Shown here: piece by piece, positions 1-11,772 of the stretch | How positions within the stretch are numbered: the stretch's first letter is position 1 | Layout: every line of letters starts with the position of its first letter | NCBI RefSeq assembly: GCF_000485595.1 | Contig: NW_014577061.1 | Location: 143,363 to 163,362 of the forward strand | DNA: 20,000 bases | From: Priapulus caudatus | Lineage: Eukaryota | Direction: 5' to 3' | Notes under the pieces: model-generated | Databases searched by the model: none | Told to the model about the DNA's origin: nothing | Seen by the model: only the letters and a program-made list of their open reading frames with translations | Translations under genes and position numbers: made by a program

Positions 1-1805
1 CTGTGGAGTACTGCGCCGGTGTCAGTGAGAGTGCTGCGCGCGTACGCCGCTGATTTGGAGCTAGTTGGATTGGACGGAAGTGACAGGTGCTGCGGCTCGC
101 TCTGAAGTTGACGGATATTGGTGAAGTACAGTTTTTGCCGGCGTACACGTATGTTCAGCTTTCACAAGCTCGAGTTCTGGCGGCGGGCGTTATTGGCCGA
201 ACGTTCGCTGTCAAAGGGAACACAGAATTTGCGTTCTACTCGATCTCGACTTTAGTGTTAACGATGCTCCGGTATATAAAACTAAAGATTTTCCGTTCCC
301 TGTCGCTGCTCGTTTTCGTTTTCTTGCCACTGAGAGGGTACAGTTAAAGAAAGCGCAGGTCATAGCATGGCTTCATAGAGTATTTACCTTCCCCCTCCCC
401 ATACATACATTCCCATCCCTTTGTTTCATCACTGACCGAAAATTAATGGGAATGGTTAAACAAAATGTTTATGTAGTCACGTAGCTAACTGATAAGTCAC
501 TGTGTAGTCAGCTAGCTTACTAATAAGTTACTGTATTTAGCTGTATTACTACCATTAGTGGATTCACTCAACTACCGCCGGTAAATGCGGAGTTTTTGTT
601 AGCAAGGATAGCCTTTGACATATATATCGATACAGTGATGCTGTCCGCTCTAAGTTTGCACACGAAGGTAATCTTTGCTCGGTTCCTTGCAGTCGTGAGG
701 CATTATTAAGGGTTATCCGTGAATTTAGCTAAAGCGCACAGTGTCCCTAGAGAGAATGCGTGCATAGGTAAATTCGGCGTGAAGTTAGGCTCTCTCTGCG
801 GGTTGGGACTAAACGAATTATGTCCATTACGGGTAAGGCTTCCGACAATACATAGCGTATCGTTGACAATTATCGTACGCGAATTATCTTATCTAAATCG
901 ACTGGCGGTTTAGAGGCAGATAAGATTTACTTCTTCGGATGTGCCGATTAGCTCCTTTGCAGAATTCCCTTCTTCTGGCTCACTCTTTAGACTGTCTCCC
1001 GTTGTTGAGCAGAAACGCGGGAATGCGCCGGGAAGATACGACAGCCGCGCGGAGATTTCGAATAAGTTCTGGTCGCGCGATAGCAGCACGATTGGTTATG
1101 TGCGGTTTGGGAAGCCACGCGAACATAACGAACTGTTGTATAAGTAGATCGGCGCGGTGCCTCGTGTAACGGAAGACGCACATGATTGTTTGATTTCGAT
1201 GGTAGTTAGATCAATCGCGGGAACCATCGAGGGGCACACGCGCCAGTAATCTGACGAGATTTGGATGGGTAACTCTCCCCAGGCGCGGATCATTGTGTTT
1301 GCCTGACTCCCTAGCCTCTGCTGCTGAGACCGTAAACCGAAGCGTCTGGCGTCTGGGACGCACAAGCCGTTGCCGTCTGCTGGACATAATCAAGTTATGA
1401 AGCTGAAGCAGCCATCGTTAAATATCCAGCTGCGTTTTAACGATTTCTCACGGCGCCTCACATGCATCGCCTATCGAAAATTGTTATACGTACCGCTGGT
1501 ACTTAGGCTACCATAAGATTTTAATGGCGCGTTTTGCCGCGCGCTTGTGTTAGGAGGCTGGTCTTGTCTTCGATCGTTGAAAAGTGAGGGCACGTCTATG
1601 TCGGCTAGTGAGGTATACGCACAGTCGGGTGTGTGAGGGCGGGCGATCGGGTTGGCTGGAAAGTGAGCTAGAAAACGGGCGTGCGTGCGCACGCGTGACG
1701 CATTCATGTATGATCGAGCCAGTGCGTGAGTGCACGTTTGTTGTGGGGGTACGATTTTACAGCCTTCCACACGCGCACACACACACGAACATACACGCAC
1801 ACACA

Positions 1806-1977
1806 GCTTGTCAGTGGCACAGTCCTTGACCTTACTGAGAGATGTAAAATCGCCATGCGTAATCCCACTTACATGTAAAATACAACTTACAAGAGAACGC
1901 TTCCTCGGTTCGTCTGACCCACCATCATTATCACTCTTGCGTTTCTTTGACTTCAACATGATTATCCTACCATGCAA
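1806..1977 (-). pseudogene. Possible N-terminal fragment of a transposon-encoded protein
   Basis: KSKKRKSDNDGGSDEPRKRSLVSCILHVSGITHGDFTSLSKVKDCATDKL is protein-like, with basic NLS-like patches. It is cut off by a TG microsatellite and abuts the MITE. Resemblance to invertebrate DNA-transposon proteins is from memory only. Confidence 0.3.
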
Positions 1978-1986
1978 CTATGCTTA

Positions 1987-2455
1987 TGCTAGCCGCACAC
2001 TATCCGACCCGAGCGTGATTTGAAGGCTTACGATTGGATCGAGATGTTCTAGTTTGGCTCGGGAGGCTTAAGATTGGCTCTGGAGGTCATTTTGGCCCGA
2101 TTCGAATTTTGAATCGGAAGCAGATCGGGTCGGATAGTGTGCGGGGCCTTACGACGCGACTCGGATAGTGTGCGTGGCCATCCGACCCGATCGGCGTGCG
2201 CTGAAGAAAATTGACCTATCACAGAGCAGCGCCATGGGAACCGCATTCGAATGGAATGGCATTCGAACCATGGGAAACACTCCCGACGCTTAGTACACGC
2301 TAAATCCGCTTGGAACGCCACGAGAGTGCCATGGTTTGCGCCAACTTTGAGTCGGACAGTGTGCGGTGGCCTCCCGATCGATCGGGATCGGGTCGGATAG
2401 TGTGCGGGGCGTTAGTGCTGTGCACAGTGAAAAATCGGATAGTGTGCGGCTAGCA
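1987..2455. mobile_element. MITE with 21-bp perfect TIRs and internal TIR-like repeats, PIF/Harbinger-like
   Basis: TGCTAGCCGCACACTATCCGA (1987-2007) is the exact reverse complement of 2435-2455. Left flank is TTA. The core TCGGATAGTGTGCG recurs near 2130, 2161, 2353 and 2393. The right TSD is not clean. Confidence 0.65.
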
Positions 2456-2459
2456 CGTA

Positions 2460-3167
2460 ATATGATACGTGCATGGTGTGTATATTGACGTTAGTATCGC
2501 AGTCTGGTCGGGCTAACCTACTGCGACACACGAATGCGCAGCGTTAACAGTCTGAACGTAGTAGACTCGCCGTATCCTATTCAAAACATTCCACTATAAA
2601 TAAACACGGTATGATATACCGCATACTATACGGCTAAGGAACATCTATGCGAAAGTGTACGATACCAGCTATAGCTCTGTCTCTGATCTCGATTTTGTTA
2701 TTCTCCGCTTTTCAATTGTGAGACTTCCTCTCTCTCGTTCGGATGAAGGCCGTATTGTATAAGTGCGTCGAGCGGACGCGCCCACGTCAATGCATTCCGA
2801 ATACGGTAAATTCGTGGCGGCCGCGGTGCAGAGAATTTGAGCGGCTATCATCAAAGCTTCGCGATCGCGCCGACATCGGCGTCTGTGTCTACACCGAACA
2901 CATCAACTCGTCCCTGCCTCGGCGCGGCTAACCGCAATATATCTGTATCGATCCTACTTACGTTGTTATCTTCATCTTCATCCCACGGGACACCATCTTC
3001 TAGATCAACACCCAGTTTACTCAACAATTCCTGTTGCAATCCTATTAAGAGGTATGTGTATGTTTCCATCGCACGTGCGCAGATATATATATCTCCATCT
3101 CGATTCTATTGTTGGGAATATTGCGGTCAGTATTGCATTGTCAGTTCTTTCTCCGTTTCTATACTAC
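2460..3167. repeat. Unclassified ~700-bp dispersed repeat, copy 1
   Basis: Colinear direct repeat of 11773-12468, from atatgatacgtgcatggtgtgtatattgacg to ttctttctccgtttctatactac. Followed by (CTT)n. Confidence 0.85.
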
Positions 3168-3168
3168 G

Positions 3169-3192
3169 CTTCTTCTTCTTCTTCTTCTTCTT

Positions 3193-3276
<84 letters not shown>

Positions 3277-3436
3277 CACACACACACACACACACACGCA
3301 CACACACACACACACCACACACACAACACACACACACATACACATGCACGCACACACACGCACACACACGCACACACACCACACACACACACACACACAC
3401 CACACCACACACACACACACCCACACACACACCACC

Positions 3437-3468
<32 letters not shown>
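3169..3468. repeat. Compound microsatellite (CTT)n-(CA)n-(TA)n
   Basis: Directly visible. Source of the HT/CV-rich ORFs. Confidence 0.97.
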
Positions 3469-4360
3469 GTGCGATAAAAAGAGCTGTAGGCCTGTCTATA
3501 CATTACAGTAGCGATGTCGAGCGTGATTCAGATGCTGCGCCTTTGATATTCTTTTGCGTGCCTGGCAACGCGTTCTGCGCGAATGAAAATGCATGTAAAA
3601 AGTTCCGTGGGAAGCGCATGACAACGCCTGACTATATACAGGCACTGAGCATTCGCGATTATTCTAAATGTCGATGTAGCATTGAATTTCGTCCATACAC
3701 GCTGTTGCAATTGCCTCGAATAGGTTGTCCTTGCGTGTTTCTGACCACCAAAGGTCGAACTTGGTTATTAATTATATTGATAGTCGGCCTAATGCCTTCT
3801 AACCTGGCAATGAAATGACAACAGTGTTCAGGCATTTACTCATCCTGACATATTTTGCTTATATAAATTATCGATTGACTGCAATAGTAGGCATTGGAAT
3901 GATGAAGGTTAATTAACGGTTGTCGATATCTAATTAAATGCCTGTGCAATGAACAATTTGATATAAATTGTATGAATGACGATACATCCAATTTGCATAA
4001 ATATGTTAGCTTGATACATCGGCGTATTCTTTCTGATTCGGTTTATACATATAATCAAGAGCTAATAATACCTCTATTATTAGTATTATTATGTATTAGG
4101 TATTATCAATAGGTATTAGCCTATTAGGATTATTAGGTATATTATTAGGTAAAAGTATTAGGTATTATATTAGTTATTCTTAGGTATTGTTAGCTAGTTA
4201 TATAATAGCAGAAGTGAATAAAAACGATTGTTTTTACTCTTGATAAAATTATAATATTAATAGCTATTTTCATTTTATGGCTACCGCAATTCGTCGGTAA
4301 CCTTTCGACGATCGCCTCCCCATATCTACACATTTCATGCCTGCACCTTTGCTGTATGTA

Positions 4361-4361
<1 letters not shown>

Positions 4362-4424
<63 letters not shown>

Positions 4425-4465
4425 TGTAGGTGTGTGTGTGTGTCGTTGGTGGTGCTGTGGTGTGT
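4362..4465. repeat. (TG)n microsatellite bordering the gap
   Basis: Directly visible. Confidence 0.95.
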
Positions 4466-4477
4466 AGCGCTTGGGGA

Positions 4478-5247
4478 NNNNNNNNNNNNNNNNNNNNNNN
4501 NNNNNNNNNNNNNNNNNNNNNNNNNNNNNNNNNNNNNNNNNNNNNNNNNNNNNNNNNNNNNNNNNNNNNNNNNNNNNNNNNNNNNNNNNNNNNNNNNNNN
4601 NNNNNNNNNNNNNNNNNNNNNNNNNNNNNNNNNNNNNNNNNNNNNNNNNNNNNNNNNNNNNNNNNNNNNNNNNNNNNNNNNNNNNNNNNNNNNNNNNNNN
4701 NNNNNNNNNNNNNNNNNNNNNNNNNNNNNNNNNNNNNNNNNNNNNNNNNNNNNNNNNNNNNNNNNNNNNNNNNNNNNNNNNNNNNNNNNNNNNNNNNNNN
4801 NNNNNNNNNNNNNNNNNNNNNNNNNNNNNNNNNNNNNNNNNNNNNNNNNNNNNNNNNNNNNNNNNNNNNNNNNNNNNNNNNNNNNNNNNNNNNNNNNNNN
4901 NNNNNNNNNNNNNNNNNNNNNNNNNNNNNNNNNNNNNNNNNNNNNNNNNNNNNNNNNNNNNNNNNNNNNNNNNNNNNNNNNNNNNNNNNNNNNNNNNNNN
5001 NNNNNNNNNNNNNNNNNNNNNNNNNNNNNNNNNNNNNNNNNNNNNNNNNNNNNNNNNNNNNNNNNNNNNNNNNNNNNNNNNNNNNNNNNNNNNNNNNNNN
5101 NNNNNNNNNNNNNNNNNNNNNNNNNNNNNNNNNNNNNNNNNNNNNNNNNNNNNNNNNNNNNNNNNNNNNNNNNNNNNNNNNNNNNNNNNNNNNNNNNNNN
5201 NNNNNNNNNNNNNNNNNNNNNNNNNNNNNNNNNNNNNNNNNNNNNNN
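4478..5247. other. Assembly gap (770 N)
   Basis: Run of N. Confidence 1.
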
Positions 5248-5637
5248 CGGAGTCCCTACACTACACTCGGCCTAGCACACTGCGCAGCACACAGGACTTG
5301 GCATGGTTGAAAGCCTTCAAGGATCTCCAGCGGCTACAGCGGCATCTGGTAATAGGGGGCATTTTCAAGAGACTGCTCATAGTCTGGTCCTTCCGCAGTT
5401 GCTTCGGTTGGGCCATCTTCAGTGTAATTCCCATTTCTGCACGATGTGCGCCCTCATGACCAAACCCTGTCCTGCGGAGCGATTTGCGTACACGTCGGCC
5501 ATACCTCGTTGGCTCCGGGTGGGAGGGAATTCCTGGCGGTCTGAGTTGAAAGCTATACTGTTGGCTTGCCTGAAGGATGGCTTTGACCATTGGGCGATCA
5601 CTTGTAGTATTTGCCCGAGGTTCCCGACTCCCTTTGG
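5248..5637 (-). mobile_element. 5'-truncated 3' fragment of the same or a closely related LINE family
   Basis: Aligns by eye to ~12510-12750 (ggcatctggtaatagggggcattttcaagagactgctcatagtctggtcc vs ggcgtctggtaatcaggagcattcaagagatgctccaagtctggtcc). Frameshifted translation gives SLRRTGFG, VQKW, DQTMSSLLK. Confidence 0.75.
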
Positions 5638-5662
5638 TGTGTGTGTGTGTGTGTTTGCGTGC

Positions 5663-5706
<44 letters not shown>

Positions 5707-5720
5707 GTGTGTGTGTGTGT
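5637..5720. repeat. (GT)n/(GCGT)n microsatellite
   Basis: Directly visible. A similar (GCGT)n lies at ~6433-6497 and (CGT)n/(CTT)n/(ATT)n at ~5930-6030. Confidence 0.95.
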
Positions 5721-6445
5721 CAGGGTACTGGGGTCCCTCAACACTAGGATAGCAATTATTCATATACGGTGTGGGTGATCGCTGATTTGCTGGCACTATA
5801 TGAGTGCTCTATATCCCACAGGTAATACGAGCGGGAAAAACTCGCAATCGCTCACGCAAAAACTGCGCCCAGACGCAACGTTGGCTGTAGCACCGAGATG
5901 CTATTAGTTCAGTGTCATCCTCTCATTATTCGTCGTCGTCTTCGTCTTTCCATTCTTCTTCTTCTTCTTCTTCTTTTTTTTCTTTTTTCCTTTCTTATTT
6001 CTTTATTATTATTACTATTATTATTATTAGCTAAATGTACCGCACTTACAGAATCACAATAACGCAGCTGTTAATTGGTGTAAGTGGCTAGTATATTGCT
6101 GCTGATGTCAGCACAGCTATTAAGTCGAATGGGTGATGGAGCCTATAATTATAAGCTACTATTCGTGTTACCCCCCATTCTAAGGTACATTATTAGGGCG
6201 TGGGTAAAATATTTGCAGCTTGATTCCCAGAAGATATAATAATTAGCGATTATATCGCCAACAGCGGTAAGAGGATATTATATACATTCTGAGTATTCTT
6301 TCCCCCGAGGTGTTCGTGTGGTGTCGTTGGCTTAGCTATGGATTGACCTTCATTGGTATCGAGCGATCCCTGAATGACTGGTGGCACGGCTTACGTGTAT
6401 ACGCACGTCACTGTGAATAATTATCACAGCACGTGTGTGCGTGAG

Positions 6446-6498
<53 letters not shown>

Positions 6499-6646
6499 AT
6501 CGACGTTATCAGCGCGTCGTAGTAGTAAGTATATCGACTTCTTTCAGTATTCGACGCTAATTGAAAGACGAGGGTAGACTGAAGTTTCGACCGAGTAGTC
6601 GCGTCGTTGTTTCTACGCGCGCATCGAGGAGGAAGCAGGTTTTCAC

Positions 6647-7037
6647 CACAGGTACTTGGAGCGTTTCAATAAAATATAATGCTAAATAAATACGAAATCT
6701 ATTTACAACCAAAGTCTTAATGTTTCTCTACTCTCTTTCGCCTATTATTGCCGACAATTTCCTGTAAGTGCTGTGCAAATGCTCCTCTGCAACACACATG
6801 TACACCGCTCGCACGCTGCCGTACACTGACACATGGATATATATGTGTCCGTGTACGGCAGCGTGCGTGCGGTGTACATGTGTGTTGCAGAGGAGCATTT
6901 GCACGGCATTTACAGTAAATTGTCGGCAATGATAGGCGATAGTTCAAAGAGAGTAGAGAAACATTACGACTTTGGTAGTAAATAGATTTCGTATTTATTT
7001 AACATTATATTTTATTGAAACGCTCCAAGTTACTGTG
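6647..7037. mobile_element. Fully palindromic (hairpin) non-autonomous DNA transposon, 391 bp
   Basis: The two ~190-bp arms are near-perfect reverse complements around a centre at ~6840. Termini CACAG...CTGTG. 8-bp TSD GTTTTCAC at 6639-6646 and 7038-7045 (alternative reading: 6-bp TTTTCA). Confidence 0.88.
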
Positions 7038-7376
7038 GTTTTCACAGTGCTGGGCGCCCGTTGTTATACGTTACCATGGCATCGCTTCTCTGATAGTACG
7101 CACACCGTGGGGAATGATGGGCCGGCCAGCTGGGCCACTGTGAGCGCGTGCTGTGATGCAGCAGCGACATACGTATGCGGATGCGTAGCTGCTACGACCA
7201 GCGGTACAAGACGGTGACTGCTCGTGACTTAACCTCGCAACTCGTGGCCTATAATCACCGATGTTCGCGGTTCCGTGGCCGTCCGCGCTCGGCGCACTGG
7301 CTGAATGTGAAGTGAAACGATCTCGCCTGTGATATATGATCGCCGGAGCGTTTAATGAGATGAACTAAAGAGAGAC

Positions 7377-7485
7377 ATGGCAAAAATTTACCGTCAGATG
7401 AACCGAAGCTTCAAACGCAGCCGACCGAAGACGGTGTGGGTGTATTACAGCCAGACCCACGAAATTACAGAGCTCGGATATATGG
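7377..7485 (+). CDS. Probable first coding exon of a Stac-like (SH3 and cysteine-rich domain) gene
   Basis: gacATGG start. Encodes MAKIYRQMNRSFKRSRPKTVWVYYSQTHEITELGYM plus G, then donor GTATGT at 7486 (phase 1). Joins in frame to the exon at 11302. Family identity is from memory of invertebrate Stac-like N-termini and needs BLAST. Confidence 0.7.
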
Positions 7486-7998
7486 GTATGTATCGCTTAA
7501 TGATACGGGATCCGCGGATTCTTTGCTTCAGTATTCTGCAGCGAAGTTTTTTTTTTACTTTATCATCGATTACGCATGATTTCATCGATCAATCGATAAG
7601 CATAATTTAATCGATGAGCGTGAAGACGATGCTGTCACTACCCACAAATCAAAATGAAAGCGGATGTCATCGAAAACCATTCTAACGCGGTATGCAATTT
7701 ATGTAAATAGAGCCTTATATTTAGCTCGGGTTTCTAAAGTGAAAACATGAATGCCATTAAATAGAAATGTATTCTTGCTAGAGGACGACTGCTTCTGATG
7801 TTTTCTTATACAGCTGTGGTTAGGAATTCTACTGTATATAGTAGTCTGTGCGTGGCAGTGGGTAGAAACTTGACAAGGCTTTAGCTGCTTATAAAGAACA
7901 AAGTACTTGTAGCTCTTAATGAGTCGCATAAGACCTTTAAATTTAATTTTTCGCGAATGTGAATGTACTGATTTTGATGCATTATTTATTGATATTAT

Positions 7999-8833
7999 CA
8001 AGAGTAGATAATAACGCAAGAGTTACACACCCGATTCCCGCATTTTTAACCGATTTTTCTCATCAAAATTTGCCACCAATAAAGAAGCAAGTGTATACGT
8101 TCCTCAGCTTATTATGACCACTAATCACTCACCTTCGTGGTACTGATATTCGTTTACATATATTTGCTAGCGTATTGCTGTAAATCGTAATCTTGCACGA
8201 GCTGAATTCGCACAATTTATTGCTATTGTGTAGAGGTGTTAAGCCAAAATTTGAAGCTATAGTGGCGCCAATATTTAGCAACGGACTGTTTCCAAATCAT
8301 TCGTGCCCCGATAGGGTTGAGAGACAATCTAAATTTCAAATTTTAATTTTGTGAGGAACCGCGAGACGCGCTCAGTTATTGTGATCGCAACACAATAAAT
8401 TGACATACTATCTTACATACTATCTTAAGTAATAATACAATAATAACAATATTCTCTGTAGTAGTTTGCAGTAAGTATCACATTACGCACGCGCAGGTAA
8501 TCAAGTACATTAAACCCCTATCGGGGCACGAATGATTTGGAAACAGTCCGTTGCTAAATATTGGCGCCACTATAGCTTCAAATTTTGACTTAACACTTCT
8601 ACACAATAGCGGTAAATTGTGCGAATTCAGCTCGTGCAAGATCACGATTTACAGCAATACGCTAGCAAATATATGTAAACAAATATCAGTACCACGAAGG
8701 TGAGTGATTAGTGGTCATAATAAGCTGAGGAACGTATAAACTTGCTTCTTTATTGGTGGCAAATTTTGATGAGAAAAATCGGTTAAAGATGCGGGAATCG
8801 GGTGTGTAACTCTTGTGTTATTATCTACTCTTG
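7999..8833. mobile_element. Foldback element with ~320-bp TIRs and ~200-bp spacer (P/Galileo-like or MULE-like)
   Basis: 7999-~8317 is the reverse complement of ~8516-8833 with only scattered substitutions. Termini CAAGAG...CTCTTG with 7-bp TSD ATATTAT (7992-7998, 8834-8840). A 9-bp GATATTATC reading is also possible. Confidence 0.9.
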
Positions 8834-10286
8834 ATATTATCTCACTTCCACGAGTGTGGCAATCTAACAGTCTGTAATTATTTCTAATATGTTCTGTTTT
8901 ATATTACGTAATAAGGGATAAACGGTCAAATGAATCAACGGTCAAATGTGACAGTTCTTTGTTAGTAATACCTGGGCATAAAAATGTGTGCATGTGAGTG
9001 TATGTATCGACACAATAGATGTCCAGTTCTTAGATGTATTCTGACGTTTTTTCACGAATTTCCTTCAAATTCCGGTTTCATTTTGCGTTTATCTCTGTAT
9101 TTGATTTAACAGATAAATTCCGCCTAAAACCGCTGTATGGAATTATTATCGCTTATTTCATCATGATACGTTCTCAAACATCCTAATTATATTAAGGCTA
9201 TGGCAAACGAATCCAGGATGCCCGCAATCTTCTAAAGCATCTTTTAAGTTATTGAAGCTCCGAATTGTTTTAAGTACATATCCGTCTCCTAAGCTGCGTC
9301 TTTTATAAATAGTGGTAATTATTATGTATAGCATTATAATCACCTTATTAATATATTACCATGCAGGGGTTAATAATGACAAATTCGTCATGGCAATAAT
9401 GATACCATTTGTCATTATTAATTTGACTACGTCACGAATTTTCTATGGTGTATATTTGGAAAATTTTGTTGCCATTTTTTTACATAAAAACTAACGGCAA
9501 TAAATGTATCGTCAAATTCTTACCTGATAAGATTGTTTCTCAACTAGTTAAAAATCCAAAAAACGTGGACGATTTGACATTATGATCCTGACATTAATTT
9601 CTTGCTATGGGCTATGTATGAGTCACGAGTGTATGTTTACATTGAACAATATAGTAAACTAGGAAGTACAATGCAGTAATTTAACCATAAAAAGTGATCA
9701 GAATTACTTACATTTTGTGAAAAAGTGGAAATGTTTTTTTTTACTTTTACTATTACCGCTGACGTAATCACTTTAACCACTGATATTACGGTAATTAATT
9801 TAGAAATAAAGTTACTTTATAAAGTTTATTAGCAGTCACCTAATTTGACAAAAACTGGTGAAACTAAAAATCAACAATCGAATTAACAAAATGAATCTCT
9901 TTGATTTGTCCCTAATGATGTTTGTAATTGAGCAAGAGGCAATTTTATTGAACTGTCGTCAAGATTTAAATAAACAAAATAAACATCCTAACCGCATAAA
10001 TTCCGTTGTTTGTTCCTAATTCAATTATATGTAAAACTATATTCCCGCGCGCAAGGAATAAAACCATATAGTTATCGTTACAGTTATCGTTAGGTTTATC
10101 GTTATCAACATGAAAAGGCCGAGTAACAAACGCGCTGGGAAGAATGTGTGCTGCTTACAGAGAGTATAGACAGTATAGCCTGGCGTGAGATATCGCCGGT
10201 ATTATTTCTGCGTGGGATCGATCGATCGTACGCATTCTTTCCACCTACAGCCAATTCTCGCCTTTTCCTGCTCTCTCCCGTTTTAT

Positions 10287-10289
<3 letters not shown>

Positions 10290-10354
<65 letters not shown>

Positions 10355-10360
10355 CTCTCA
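10290..10360. repeat. (CT)n microsatellite
   Basis: Directly visible. Confidence 0.95.
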
Positions 10361-10774
10361 CTGCTCCACTACTGCTCTGTTCGCGCGCGCCGCAAGCTAG
10401 AGTAATCTTGGGTTCGAGCTCGTAAACGCATTACACACTACGCGCAGCGCAGCGCATGCACGTACGCACGCACGCTCAGTCAGCGCACGCACGCCACGCA
10501 CACCCGCACCACGCACCGCGACACGTCAGCCTAAGAGGGTTAGTTCGAAACTTTAACATCAAATGTGGGATTAATGGCAAAAAATCTCAGGCACGGCTTT
10601 AGAGTATCGGCTGAGACACTGACCGGGATTTTATCTGTTACGACGACTCGTGCATCGAGGAATTACAACCAAGGAACTCGCGTTATCGCCCTATACAAAC
10701 CCTACATATAAGATACATGAATGAAGAGTTCTTACTATGAGAAAAGATAATTACCCAGCAGTTTTGTTGTCGCA

Positions 10775-11135
10775 AGTGTGGTGTGGTGGTGTGGGGTGTG
10801 TGGTGTTTGTTGTGTGTGGGGTGTGGCTGTGGGTGTTTGTGATGTGGACGTGTGGTGTGTGTGTGTGGTGTGGTTTGTGTGTGTGTATGGTTTGTATTGT
10901 ATGGTGGTGTGGCGTGTGTGCGCGCGCGGTGGCAGGCGTGCTATGCGTGCAGTGTATGCGTCGATGTGCGACTGCGTGTGCGGATGTGCGTGTGCCGTGT
11001 GCGTGGCGTGTGCGGTGCGTGTGCGCTGGTGGCGGTGCTGGCGTGTTGCGTGGGCTGGCATGTGCGTGTGTGGCGCGTGTCCGCGTGTGCGTGTGGATGT
11101 TGAGTGATTTGTGTGTGTGTATGTGAATGTGTAGT
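10775..11135. repeat. Degenerate (GT)/(GCGT) low-complexity tract
   Basis: Directly visible and highly interrupted. Confidence 0.9.
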
Positions 11136-11301
11136 TTTGATGGTGCGATGGTGTAATCAGGGCACGCGCCGCCGGTGTGTACTGTAGGAGAATCGCCCAC
11201 GTCGCAGCGGGGCGATGGAGAGGGGGGAGCGGTAGTCGCTTAGCGAAACCCAGTGCCAACGCTCGCTATTACGTTCGCATCGTTTTCCCTTTGCTTTGCA
11301 G

Positions 11302-11413
11302 TTGCTGAGTTCTCTCAGAAACTGGCCACAGCTCACGAGGAGCATTCCAAACAACTGCAATTGCTTGTCGACACATTCCGCAAGAGGAACTCGGACCTAA
11401 AGAAGGAGCGAGG
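11302..11413 (+). CDS. Internal coding exon (coiled-coil, F-BAR-like N-terminal region of Stac-like protein)
   Basis: Acceptor ttttccctttgctttgcAG ending at 11301. Encodes (V)AEFSQKLATAHEEHSKQLQLLVDTFRKRNSDLKKER(G). Donor GTATGT at 11414 (phase 2). No further exon was identified in the window. Confidence 0.8.
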
Positions 11414-11772
11414 GTATGTGAATCCTTCTATAGAAAGAGTAGGACACGCGTTGCGATGCGAGTTGAATAGATGCGAGGTTGTGTCAATAATATATCGTGC
11501 TGCCGGACGTTCACTTCACGAATAACTCAAAGAGACGGTTCAACATCAGGAATTAATAATGACAAATTATTAACCCTTTTTAATTATATAAACCCTTTTA
11601 TTTATTTATTTTTCTATTATTTAATTTTTATTTTTAAGCAGCCTTATTATGAGAATCTTTTATAACACCGTATAAAGCTTTTAATTGTTGTCATCTATAA
11701 CGGCCTTGTTACACATCGAAGGACCGTATATACGAAAAATCGTAAATCGTAATGACCATATCGTTACGAACG

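Noticed and set aside
1..1470. Short ORFs and a possible promoter or 5'-UTR region
   Set aside because: No recognisable domain, consistent splice pattern or diagnostic motif.
2837..3818. Long ORFs rich in HT, CV or SL dipeptides (also 10735-11259, 16642-17143, 17774-18020, 18229-18867)
   Set aside because: Translations of microsatellites or minisatellites that lack stop codons.
4365..5459. 280-360 aa ORFs
   Set aside because: They span the N gap.
9161..9494. Two 60-aa ORFs in AT-rich intron sequence
   Set aside because: No motifs or splice signals. Length expected by chance.
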